In this document: piece by piece, positions 25,590 to 36,891 of the stretch
Layout: each line of letters opens with the position of its first letter
Numbering within the stretch: the stretch's first letter is position 1
Source: Girardia tigrina
Lineage: Eukaryota
NCBI GenBank assembly: GCA_001938485.1
Contig: MQRK01218487.1
Span: 25,671 to 76,677, forward strand
Direction of reading: 5' to 3'
Length of the DNA: 51,007 nucleotides
Notes under the pieces: model-generated
The model's database searches: none
Told to the model about the DNA's origin: nothing
Seen by the model: only the letters and a program-made list of their open reading frames with translations
Made by a program: the position numbers and the translations under genes

Positions 25590-26780
25590 TCTTAATTTAG
25601 TAAGTGGATAGGAAACCATGTCTCCATTATTTTTCTGAACTTTCTCATGGTCTGCGACTGATCTAATGAATTTCTCAGAAATATCTTAGTTTGGATCGAT
25701 TTATTCTCAATGACTCTCAGATGGTCTTTCTCCAAAATAACCGCATAAAATTTTATTTCTGCATCTCCTCTTTTGTGAATCAAATCTACGAACAAATTGA
25801 CCAACTGGAATTCATTTAAATCGGGCTGGAAATAAACAATTTGTTTCGAATATTTCTCGAGATATTTAAACACATTCGATCAATTTTTCGATTTAACAGC
25901 TATTAGTTTATTTTCCGTTTAGGATTTATTTTGCCATTTATTAATGAATTTTTCGAAAATATATTCAACTGAGAATCGTTCAAGAAAATATAATCTAACT
26001 CATGTTCGAAATCACAGAATGCGCACATCGAAGAAATAATGTTATTTGTGTTATTTTAAAAATTCAATTAAATTCAACGCTGATTTATTGAGATACTTTT
26101 AAATAAACTCTTCAAATTTTTATTTGGTTGAACAAAGACACTTTATTTGAAAGTTTTTAATTGAATGAAATTTTACACTTTTCACGATTGCCAACATTTT
26201 TCCCCTTTGAAACATCGAAATTCTGACAAAATTACAAACCCAATCATAAACACAAAATCCAATCCTTTCGTACATTTCACACGAAACACACTTACACGTC
26301 ATATTCAAACACACATACATCACAAACACAATCCAGCCATTTATTGGCAGAGAAAAATTAATTAAAAAAGAAGGCTCACCATTTGATTTAAAATTAGAAT
26401 TCATAGAATTTTAAGAGATGATTAATGAATTCAATTCAAATTAAACCTTTGAATCAATCTTAAATGTCATATCTCTTTTCGAACTATTTGAATTATTTCT
26501 TGATGATTTCTCATCACTATAATCTAGCATCGTCATAAAGCGCATCAGTGAATAACGAAAACGGAAAATGTCGATCAAATCGCTCAAATTCTCATTGAAA
26601 ATAATTTCAGTGAAAAAGAGCTCTATAAATTTTATTTTTCTTATTTAATTATTTTAATTACTTTATTTATTTAATTAAAGAATTAATTTAATTATTTTAT
26701 TGTAATTTATTATCTATTTTATTTATATACTTTCCTTTAAACTGGCAAATGTTCAGTCAAACCAAATTTCCGCTCCAGTA
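25590..26780 (-). repeat. Unclassified repeat family B, copy 1, with decayed unknown ORF
   Basis: Head TGGAGCGGA..TTGAC.GAACATTT..GCCAGT..AGTATATAAATAAAA, AT tract, GTGAGCCT..TTCTCTGCCA, then a TG tract; all shared in order with 50513-51007. 93-aa ORF remnant at 25592-25873. Confidence 0.7.
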
Positions 26781-27036
26781 AGTAAGCCATTTAAGGGATC
26801 ATTGTATCATCCTTATTGTAAAAGTTAAATAGTACTAACTGTTCTAAAAACTGAATTATTCAAAATTTAAATTAAATTAAATTAAAAAGAAAAATGAAAT
26901 TTTCAAATACAGTAAATTACTAGTAAATCAAAAATAATTTTTGTCTATTAATGCTTCATGCAAGGCGAACTCTGCTTGGCCAACAGATTTTTTTTGTTAT
27001 CTTTTGTAAAAGGGAAAATTACTATCACATATTTAA

Positions 27037-27261
27037 TCGTTAGAGTACGGAGTGGGGGACTTTAGGTTCCCCAAGATTAGTTTTCGTGTTTGTTTATTAA
27101 AAATAAATGTTGTAAATCTAATTAAATAATCGTTTTTTAATTTACTAACAGTTTGTTATATTAATATGCCAACTTATAAACGAAACAAATTTTTTGTGTG
27201 GGGGACTTTAGTGACACCACTCCGTTCTTTATGTTATAAAATAGACTCCGTACTCTAAGGG
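27037..27261. mobile_element. piggyBac-type MITE
   Basis: TTAA|tcgTTAGAGTACGGAGT ... ACTCCGTACTCTAAggg|TTAA: 14-bp perfect inverted core and TTAA on both sides. GGGGGACTTTAG occurs twice internally. Confidence 0.88.
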
Positions 27262-27700
27262 TTAATAAATTTTTTACTATTAGTTACTATTTAAATCTTT
27301 TGAAGAAAGGAAAATCTCATAAAAAAACATTTTTCAACTTAATTTTACAATTAAATAGTTGCAAATAACATAATAAATTTATTATAAAGCATTGAAGGAA
27401 GACAACCAAAGCATTTCTATTTAATACAATTTAAATTTTTGGGAATAATCGTATAAACGTTTTATGAAAAAGAATATTTTTGATTTACTAGTTTGATCGA
27501 ATTTTCACATAATTATTTATTGTCATCGAAAATGAGTAATTTTGCATAGTTTGGAGAAAATTGTGACAAAATTTCAAGTTGAAATATGTAAAGATCCTGG
27601 GATATACATTAGATGCTCAAAGCTATGGTCGCTGTATAGAGCACCTTTGACTTGTGTTATTATCACTTGTGTGAGTAAAAAGCCGTAGGAAAAATAGAAA

Positions 27701-27746
<46 letters not shown>

Positions 27747-29301
27747 NNNNNNNNNNNNNNNNNNNNNNNNNNNNNNNNNNNNNNNNNNNNNNNNNNNNNN
27801 NNNNNNNNNNNNNNNNNNNNNNNNNNNNNNNNNNNNNNNNNNNNNNNNNNNNNNNNATATCGTGCGAGCTGTGAATTTGTGTACGTGACAAAATTGTGTC
27901 GTCGTTCTTTATGAAGTGGATCAGTGCAGTGTGAATCGTAAATATATATGTAGAAACTAAAATTTTTAATATTGAATCGTTTTCAATGTCGTTTTATTTT
28001 TTTAAATACCCCAAAACTTTCTTTAGTGATCAATTGTGGGTCGGTATATTGTGTTTGATGTGTATATTTAAGGGTTTATTGAGTGACAAGATACATAGAG
28101 TGTTTGAACGGCTATCATTTTAGAGATTTAGATCGGTTTATAATCAGCATTGAAATCTATTTTTGAATTTCATATTTATGTGATCTGTGGTAAAATAATA
28201 ATTTTTGTTTCCAATCGTCATGGACCTTGTTTGCTGACATCCATCAATCTACTAATTGATGAAATCGTACGATATGTTAACATTTGAGAGGGATGCTGAC
28301 TTATAAATGTACTTTCATTGGAACACTTACATATAATTGTAGTGACTATATAGAATATTTTTTTAAACTCAATATCTCGATTAGTCCCTTCTGGCGAGCC
28401 AGTCATTATGATGCTGCGTTCAGATGAGTGACTTCGATATTATTTTATATCAACATTTTGTTACATGGAAATATATATCAATTATCAAATAAATTAATTA
28501 AAATTTAAAAAGCATATTTTCAAATTATTTTAAAACCGAATTATCGCAATCGCTGAATGACACCTTTTCTATCGAAGAAGAAGAGTTTTTCGAACAATTT
28601 TAATTATTTCAAATAATTTTTTCTCTTTACGACTCCTGTCAAGCAAAAATAACAAAATTTGTTCGAAAGAAGTCATAAAATTCTAACTTTATCTATATCA
28701 TAATAAAAAGAAGACAACAAATCTCATACCGTCCTCCAAAGAATTCATTAAGAAACGACCCTATTGTTCCTAACTGATAGATCTTTTGATATCATTCCCG
28801 AGTTTCCAGCACCCAGATAACTACCACTCTACTCCAAATCACTGATTTTATTAATCGAAACAATCAAATTTCTAAGGAGCATTTACAACGACTCGACAAA
28901 AAATAAAGTAATTCTATCATTTAACATTTTTCTCCTATTCTAAACAATCTTTTTAGTACTATACTAAAGTACTTCTTTTAATCTTTCTCTTCCAAGTTGT
29001 TAGTTACACATATTTCATCATTATTAGGTAAACTGTTTTTGTATCTGGACTTTTCATCCCTTTGTAGAATGATCCATAATATGGATGGAAGTAATAATAA
29101 AGAACACAGAAAAGTTTTCAATCTTTATATGAATGTAACGATAAATAATTTCAGAATTCTAAATACTCTTTAATATGTTTCGGAAAAGTTGCTTAAATAA
29201 GCTGTATATTAGATATTTTTATTTTAAATTCAATATTTTTATTAAAATTTTACATGATTTTCTTGACCGACTGATGATGAGGATTCAATCATTGTGGGAG
29301 G

Positions 29302-30340
29302 AATATTTTAAATTGTTTGAATGTGTAAATGTATGTAAAGCGTGGGGCGTGAGAGTATGTGCTTGACACGCGGAAGTACGCCTGGAACCACACTGTTTTT
29401 CCTGCCAAAATGGACGGGCAGGACGGACTACAATCAAAATCGAGTTACCGTCTTTTGATGGCGTATTTTGTAGTAGAACAGGGCTGCCATCTAACCCACG
29501 CGCACCGAATTTTGGATCGCCGCAGCTCAAGATCAATGTACCGCAGATCGAACGGTTATGTGCTTGATCGAACTTGATAATTCGTTTTAAATTCACCCGT
29601 GAGGAGAACGGGTTTGACAGAAATAAATTCTTCGCCATGATTACAAAATTCAAATCCGTGAATAATTGTGTATTTTTATTAATTCAAACAAATGCATTTT
29701 TTTTCTTGAAAGCAATATTTTTTTACATTTTTTTATACAATTTGATAATAGTTTTTTTTAAATCATATTCCAGGAAAATTTTTTTCAGTTTCAAAACCGC
29801 GTGCAAATATATGTATTTTTTTATTTTGATTAAAAAAATTTTAATTCTGCTTTACTAAATCACTACAGTATGGATGCTGTATGTTGATTTAAGTATGTTG
29901 AATTTAGAATGGTGATTCTCCAAACCAGATGGAAATTGGTATTTTTATTTAAATTTAAAGTGATTGACTATTCGAACATAATTAAAATAATCATTTGATA
30001 AGTTTATTTTTTTAAATTTAACAATTAAAATTAAGTGTAATATTTTTTTAGTAAAATTTAAATTAAATGCATTTTTAATAATTTGATAACATTTTTATTA
30101 TTTTATGTTTCATTAAGAACTGATTAAAATTATAATTTTTAATTAATATTTTTTAGAAGTTAAATATTTGAAAAAATAACTTCGAAAAATTGTTCGAATA
30201 ATCACGATTAAAAATAGAAATAAGAAAACCAATTAGAACGATGGCAAACGATGAAAGGCCTTCTGAGATTCGTAATGACTCTAAACGTGATTGCAATAAA
30301 AATTCAAATGAGAATTGTCTCAATGTTCTTAATACATTGG
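29302..30340 (+). repeat. Unclassified repeat family A, copy 5 (split by a solo-LTR-like insert)
   Basis: Removing 29334-29870 restores the sequence seen uninterrupted at 5880-6420 (-). Confidence 0.9.
29334..29867. mobile_element. Probable solo LTR (534 bp)
   Basis: TGTA...TACA termini, GTA duplicated at 29331-29333 and 29868-29870, no long TIR, and one GC-rich and one AT-rich half. Boundaries are fixed by the empty-site copy. Confidence 0.7.
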
Positions 30341-31656
30341 AATTTATTTGTGTCCAAATTCTTCTGATTTTTACGATGATTAAAAATTAATTGATAATTA
30401 TATGCTATAAGTCTCTTTAAAATAAACAAGTATTCATAAGAGAATCAAATAAAGCTAAAAATCATTTGCAAGCGAAGTTTCGTTTTGATAGATTCTTAAG
30501 AGAAATAATTCATAGACAGCTTCCTTCCATCCATCAACATAAATATGACCAACATTGTAACACATTTCCGCTCAGTGTTAATACTGACAACTAAATTTGG
30601 ATTCTTCTTCAAACTCACAATTGTGAATCGTTTCTTTCTTGTTTGATTTTCCTTTTTAAAGTCTCACTATTGCTACTTGAGCTCTAAAGAACTTTAAAAT
30701 TAGGAGCTCGACATAAATAAGATCTTTCTGCAATCAAAAAAACAGCGAAAATAAAAGAAATTGATAAAATAGTTAAAACAATAAAATTAAAATTTCAATA
30801 ATTAAAACAAAAAAATAAAACAATTATATAATCAATTAAATGATATTAATTAAAGCAAATTGAGGATTTTAATGTTATTAATTTTGTTAATTGATTAAAA
30901 TTTACAAACTCCTTATTATTATTAAAAGCCTTAAAATTATTAATCTAATAAATTATTCTAAGTTAATTAATGCAAACATTAAACATATTAATAATTAATT
31001 AAAAATAAGATTCTTATGCAATAAATGAAAAATTAGATTAAATTTAATTTAATCTCGATTTGTACTAAAATAATAAATAACTAAATAAACAAAAATCATT
31101 AATTGATAATATTAAATAATTTTCAAAAAATGCTGAAGCAACAAATTCAAAAAAATGTAAATTAATTAAATTGAATTAATAATAAATTAAGTAGTGCAAA
31201 TTGTTGGTTTTGATAGATAATAATGCCATTTATATATATATATATATATATAAATTCTTTTCTTTTGCTAAAATCATTTTACCAATTTATGTTATTTAAA
31301 AAATCTTTAATGTATCCAAAATATTATAAAGATTTAAAAAAAAGAAATATTTATTTCGATCATTATTTTAAATTATTAAATTTTCAACTTTTTATATTTA
31401 ATTAATGTAAAATGCAATTCTTTAAAAATTATATTTTAATTGTAAATATTTAATCCAAATTATTTATAATCAGAATTTTTAAATCTTCTTTTTTATTAAA
31501 TTAAATTATTTAAATTTCGAACAGCGAAAATGAAAATTACCAAACACGTCATACAAATATTAAACATATTAATAATTAATAAAAATAATATTCTTAGGTA
31601 ATAAATAAAAAATATTATTCGAATTAATTCAATATCGGCGTTCAGTTCGATTCTCA

Positions 31657-32727
31657 GGTTACCCCAAAGACAGGACGGTGGTAGTGGTAGAGTGGCAAGT
31701 GACGGAAAGGAAGCTTGGGCATTTCCTGTTCATGCTTAGCAAATTTTATTATGGAGTGTAAATGTTTGCGCATCAAAATTTTTTTTAACTTTAATCGTTA
31801 ATTGAAAAATATTTTTCGGATTTAGAAAATTTAATTCGTAAAAAACAAATATAAGGGAATTTTAATTAAAAAGACGGATTGAAAAAAACAAATATACAGG
31901 GGAAAACTGTTTTAAAAAAAATGAATCTCGACTTAATCGACTACTAAAACAATTCAATTTTTTAAGGAGAAATGGTTTGTTAAAAAGTATTTTACATTGT
32001 AAAATATGTGAAAATTTACTACACGAAGTCAAATATGAAAGAAATATCGTTTGTTATAAATCATTTTAACCAATCATTTTTTTATAAATCATTTTGTGTA
32101 AACAAATTAAAATATATTTCGAAAAAGTTTTTTTTCGAAGAGTTTAAAGTTAAATTAATAGTTGGTTTTTGGGTTTGTTTTTAAATCAATCAATGTCTAC
32201 CACAATAGTTCACGTTGTTGGGTTATAAAAATTTATAAAAAATTAAGAATTCTATGTGAAAAATACTTTATTGAAAATCCAACTAAACTCGGTGGAAATG
32301 GCATTATTTACCAAATAGATAAGTCAATGTTTAGATAAAAACATAAGTATTACATTGGCCGAGTCAACAGTGATTACAAGTGGATTTTTGAAATTTTTGA
32401 CACCACGATTTCCCCGGCAAATTATTATGTTGAACTTGTTGAAAATGGTAGAAGAAAAACGTTTTTGCCGATAATTGATCGAGTTTGTAGACATGGAAGT
32501 ATTATCTGGAGTGATTAATTATTAGGCGTAATTTAACACATCAAACTGTAAATCAGTCTGTTTTTGTTGATCCAGTTACAGGTGTGGATACACAATGTGT
32601 AGAATTCTTATTAAAAAAAGTGTATTTTTTATTTTCATTTTATTAAACTTTATTATTATGTAATTTTAATAATTTATTAAAAAAAGTGTAATAGTTGAAA
32701 AATGACTGTTTTGACAGTAGGGTAACA
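31657..32727 (+). mobile_element. Merlin (IS1595/ISXO2-like) DNA transposon, decayed
   Basis: KLGGNGIIYQIDKSMF..KYYIGR..WIF..LPIIDRVCRHGSIIWSD..TVN.S..FVDPVTGVDTQCVE. Degenerate GGTTACCC / GGGTAAC termini. Confidence 0.9.
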
Positions 32728-33633
32728 ATAGACAATGCTCACAAATTCTTTTAAAATTTAAGTGATTTTAACATCTGTAACTATCTCAAATTATCTAAAT
32801 CAATAAATGAGAGAAATATCTCTCTTGAAAAAACCTCTCTATTTCAACCAAAAAATCAAACCAAAATTGACAGAAAAAATTGTTGGAAAATTTTAATTAA
32901 AAATTATTGTGACAGGAATGTCTGGCTCAAGGCTTGCTCTGATTAGGTAACCAATCAGAGCGAACAATTTCACTCACCAATTGATACAAAATGGCACACA
33001 GACTGCGACAGTAATTGAATGCATATTTTATTTATGAGTCATCATCGATTTTTTTTGTTTCGTTGAACAAAAATAAAACTATATTTTTTAAAAATTACAT
33101 TTGTTATTTTGTTTATTTTTTTATATTATTTATATATTTTTATATGTACAATGAAACAATAAAAATTTCAGCAATTACCATTCATTATTTACTTTGGATT
33201 TGAATTGACTTTGGACAAGGAGAGAGAGGAATTTATAAATTAATATAACAATTTATAATTCAAATTCCGAAACACTCGGTTTTAATTAATATAATAGTCG
33301 AACAAATAAAAAAAGTAACAAAACAGATAAAATAAAACAATTTATTAGAAATATTTAATAATTTTCAAACCATTTACTAAAGCAATGAATTGGAAAATTA
33401 AATTAAAATTAAATAAAATACTGATTGAAAATCTTCATAAATATTTAATTTGTTCAAAATATTTTGTTTGTTAATTTTCAGTTAATTGTCCGATTTAAAC
33501 GATCGACAATTAATAAAAAAATGAAGAAAATTAAACAAAAACATGAAGACGTATAAGTTAACATTTTTCGCAAATAATTTAATATAATTTTATTAATTAA
33601 AAGAAATTAATTAATTAGGTCATATTTAATTAG

Positions 33634-33728
33634 ATGTCGAATTGGGACGACTCGCTGTTCAAACAAACAATTTATTCGACATGTATCCGAATATGGAGTT
33701 TGTTTTTCCATTCAAATGAATTATTCCG
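33634..33728 (+). CDS. DEG/ENaC-like gene exon
   Basis: ttag| ... |gtaaat, 95 nt, phase 2-1. Encodes CRIGTTRCSNKQFIRHVSEYGVCFSIQMNYS, the C....C....F.....yG.C(Y/F) motif. Confidence 0.9.
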
Positions 33729-33978
33729 GTAAATATCTTTTATCGATTTTTTTTAAATAAGGGACAAATTCTTTTTTTAAAAAAAAATCTCAAAGAAGAT
33801 AAGTGAAAAATAATCAATAAAATTGAATTTATTAAATTGACTAAAACAAATAAAAGTATTTTTTGTTGAGAAAAAGTGTTTTTTTATTGAAATTATTTTG
33901 GGGGAAGAACGGTAAAATGTCAGAAATTTTCGAAAAAATATTTGAATTTTTATTTATTTTTTTTAAATTTATTTTTAG

Positions 33979-34224
33979 AGTTAAATTGGTTAAAAATTGC
34001 ATTGGACCCCGAGGAGTTTGATTATTTGATACCGAATGATGGAATTGTGGGGTTCAATGTCTTCATCCATGATACCTTACCTCTTGACCAAAATTCAATG
34101 GCGAAGAATATGGTTGTTGTGGGACCAAATTTCGAGACTATCGTTCGAGCGAAAGTCGTTCAAACTATGACCAATGTTTGTAAATCACATTTTAAGTGTA
34201 TGGTACAAATGAATTGCAATAAAG
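33979..34224 (+). CDS. DEG/ENaC-like gene exon
   Basis: ttttag| ... |gtaaat, 246 nt, phase 1-1. Encodes LKIALDPEEFDY..GFNVFIHD..P..VVGPNFETIV (palm/beta-ball L.L..eY..G.v.IH..P..v.P.f.T motif), then CKSHFKCMVQMNCNK. Confidence 0.92.
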
Positions 34225-34266
34225 GTAAATTGTAATATTTAAATGAATTAAATTAATAAATCTTAG

Positions 34267-35050
34267 ATTGTTGGAAGACCAAATTATCAGTGTCTCCAGG
34301 AATCATTACCCAAGCCATAAGATCTCCGTATTATATGGAAATCATTTCCAGAAAATTAGATTATCAGGCCAACTTACAAAGAAGTATTAACCGAGTAAAT
34401 CTGGGTCTTAGTCTTCAACAAAGAAGTTTCCTTCAAGCGACTAATAAAACATTATATCATATCCTTTCAAATTTAACAACAACTTTTGTCTTGACATTAA
34501 AAGACATTTTGAACAAAATTGATGATATAATGACTCAAATTCAAGCGTATTCTTCGAATCAGTTAAAATTCGACGAAGAATGTCTTCATGGTCTTTCTCT
34601 ATCCTTATCACGACTAGGTCTTTTATCCCGAGATTATTGGCACAAACGAAAGTCTCAGGATGTGTTAGAATCGAAATTTCTTCACAGTTCTGGACATATA
34701 CAACTCTATGTGATTACCTGTTTTTTCTCCGGTTTAAAAATCAAATCTCCAATTTTGCATTTCCTTCAATCTAATTTAGCAATTGTATCAAATTTTAAAG
34801 TCCAGCTTCAAAATGGAGACTTATATCAGCTTCAATCAGAATCAAATCGAGATTGTTTGACTCCCTATAGTAAACATAAAATCGTATTTTTTCGATCACA
34901 AGTAGAAAAATTGGAAAAATCCATCGTAATGTATTTGGGTCAGTTGAGTGAAGCAAATACAAAACTATATTTGTTGGCCGATGAGCACCGACACATAAGA
35001 GCTAAATTTCCTATTACAAAATTGCAAGCTCAAAAACCAGTTACGGAAAA
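34267..35050 (+). CDS. DEG/ENaC-like gene long exon (helical insertion)
   Basis: Follows a 42-nt GT-AG intron in frame (DCWKTKLSVS..). 784 nt open in a very AT-rich background; probable phase-2 donor AA|gtaaaa. Confidence 0.88.
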
Positions 35051-35239
35051 GTAAAATTATATTTATTATTTTTGTATTGTTCAGATATAAACTAGACTTA
35101 TTTTTTATTAATTCATCTTTTATATAAAAACTCTCAGAAACCCGCATATATATATTATTGTAAAAAATAATAATATGTTAAAGTATGAACACTACACAGA
35201 AGTATAAATCGTCTTTATTACCGTGTATAACTTATCCAT

Positions 35240-35800
35240 CATCAGATGCAAATTCAATTTATGTTTCGATGTCTGGATCCTTCTAAGTCTTATTTTAACA
35301 GCTTTTTACTGGGCACCCACTTTCTGACAATGTTGTGAAAATGAAAACTATCTTTCTGAAACGCATCTTTTTCAAACCATATGGGAAATAACTTTTAGTA
35401 TTGATACCCTTCAATGAATAACTCTGGTTGACCACTGTACACGTGCACAGTCACAACTTGATCTATAGAAATGGGACTGTGATTATCATCAGAATAATGA
35501 GTTTATGAATCAGCTAAGAGTAAGAGTCAAAATGGGGGTGCAGCGATAAAGAAGGATAAAGTTTATCTCTAAAGATTATTTATCCGATAAACCAGTTACA
35601 TCTGGAGGTGGAAGAAGATGGAGCTACTCCACGGAATATTCTAGGTGGTTGCCAACTTCATCTATTAATCAATGACTGTGCACCCATTTGGATGCCCAGT
35701 TATAATGTTAAAACATTGTATGGATCCTACTCATTTCGACTTCTAACATATTGTGCTTGCACTAGTGTAGTCTGAGACCTTTCCACAGATTTTTCATGGA
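35240..35800 (-). mobile_element. Decayed Penelope-like 3' end (GIY-YIG remnant plus hammerhead-like core)
   Basis: Minus fragments C.WFIG and LADS*THY..H..I..V..LFIEG resemble the PLE endonuclease. CTTAGAAGGATCCAGACATCGAAAC on - at ~35264-35289. Confidence 0.4.
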
Positions 35801-36721
35801 GTAGTTGAAAATCCTCCAAATCTCTAAAATAAAGTACAATAATTAAATTGTCAAAAAGTCATTCATTGAAAAATCTGATTAATCAAAATTTGATTGTATC
35901 ATTTTGGTGATTATTTGTCTTCGTTGTGTAGTCTCGTAATTCCATCATACTGAAAAGACTTTGTGTACCGTTTTGTGTTTTGATGGAAGTCTCCACATGT
36001 AACGTCTGATGTTGCTGTGCGTTCTCAATGAGTATCTTTTTTTGCGACTTAGACCTTTTGGAGTTAGTTATAGCAAATTTTAAGTCAATAAGTTTTCAAT
36101 ATATTAATTTATTTTTATTTGGGATAAATTTATTTTATTATTTTTCTTTTTTTTCCTTGTTGATTTCATGAGTGATGGATTTGAAGAATATTTTAGCAGT
36201 GGATCAGTCTACAGGCAACGCAAGGAGCTCATAATGTATGTCAAGACTGTAACAATCTAGCAGTGAAGAGAAGATGACACCTTCTAAAATGTTGTTTACA
36301 TCGATCATTGAAAAACATTCATGGCCACCGATTTGTCGATGGATAATGACAGGTGCTTATAGTTTATCCCGAGACTATAGGCGATATGGTAGTCAATTAG
36401 AGTCAATACGTCATAAAACCTCACGATATTATTATGAGACAAATTGTGTAAAATAGTTCCGATGTGTCAAACATTCATACAACTTAGCTTTTGTTTTCTG
36501 TTTTTAATATTAATCGTCATCATCTCGTTCGTTCATCCAAAGCATAGTGAGAGGATTGGAGGCTGTTGTATTTTTGAGCTTTCTATCCGATACAGAGTCT
36601 ACTATTCTCTTTCCTATGCTTCAATGCCTTGAATCTTAGTTTAACGCAATTATCCATCATAGTTGGGGGACACTTAATTAGAAATAAAATTAAAAAAAAA
36701 TAAAGATTAAAGTTGCATACA

Positions 36722-36891
36722 GGTGTTGCACCCCGCGGACCGTTGGATTCACCAACGGAGGCTTGCACGTCGCGGAACGGTATGTCGGGTTTTGAATCTT
36801 CGTTGTTCACAGTGAGCCGCGATCGAGAGAACCCGCTGAGTCAGGAAGTCCGTCTGATCTCAATCGGCACCGCACCGAGTCGTGCTTTTTT
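36722..36891 (+). other. GC-rich structured island ending in hairpin plus T6 (unknown ncRNA/SINE or part of an LTR)
   Basis: CCGTTGG/CCAACGG stem (36740-36758) nested in CCGCGGAC/GTCGCGG; ends in GCACCGAGTCGTGC-TTTTTT. Confidence 0.4.

Noticed and set aside
30975-31640. ~80-bp direct repeat (30975-31056 and 31556-31638); a similar local duplication lies at ~20730-20890
   Set aside because: Very AT-rich, degenerate local duplications with no TG..CA ends or coding content; not an LTR pair.
35330-35450. FLYWCH/MULE domain (LFIEGYQY on -)
   Set aside because: The W/C/H ligands are missing, and the context fits a PLE endonuclease tail better.
36847-36891. CRISPR tracrRNA/sgRNA or vector contamination
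   Set aside because: The match is short and gapped, lacks the repeat-antirepeat and the AACTTGAAAAAGT hairpin, and there is no cas gene or array; the flanks are ordinary host-like DNA.
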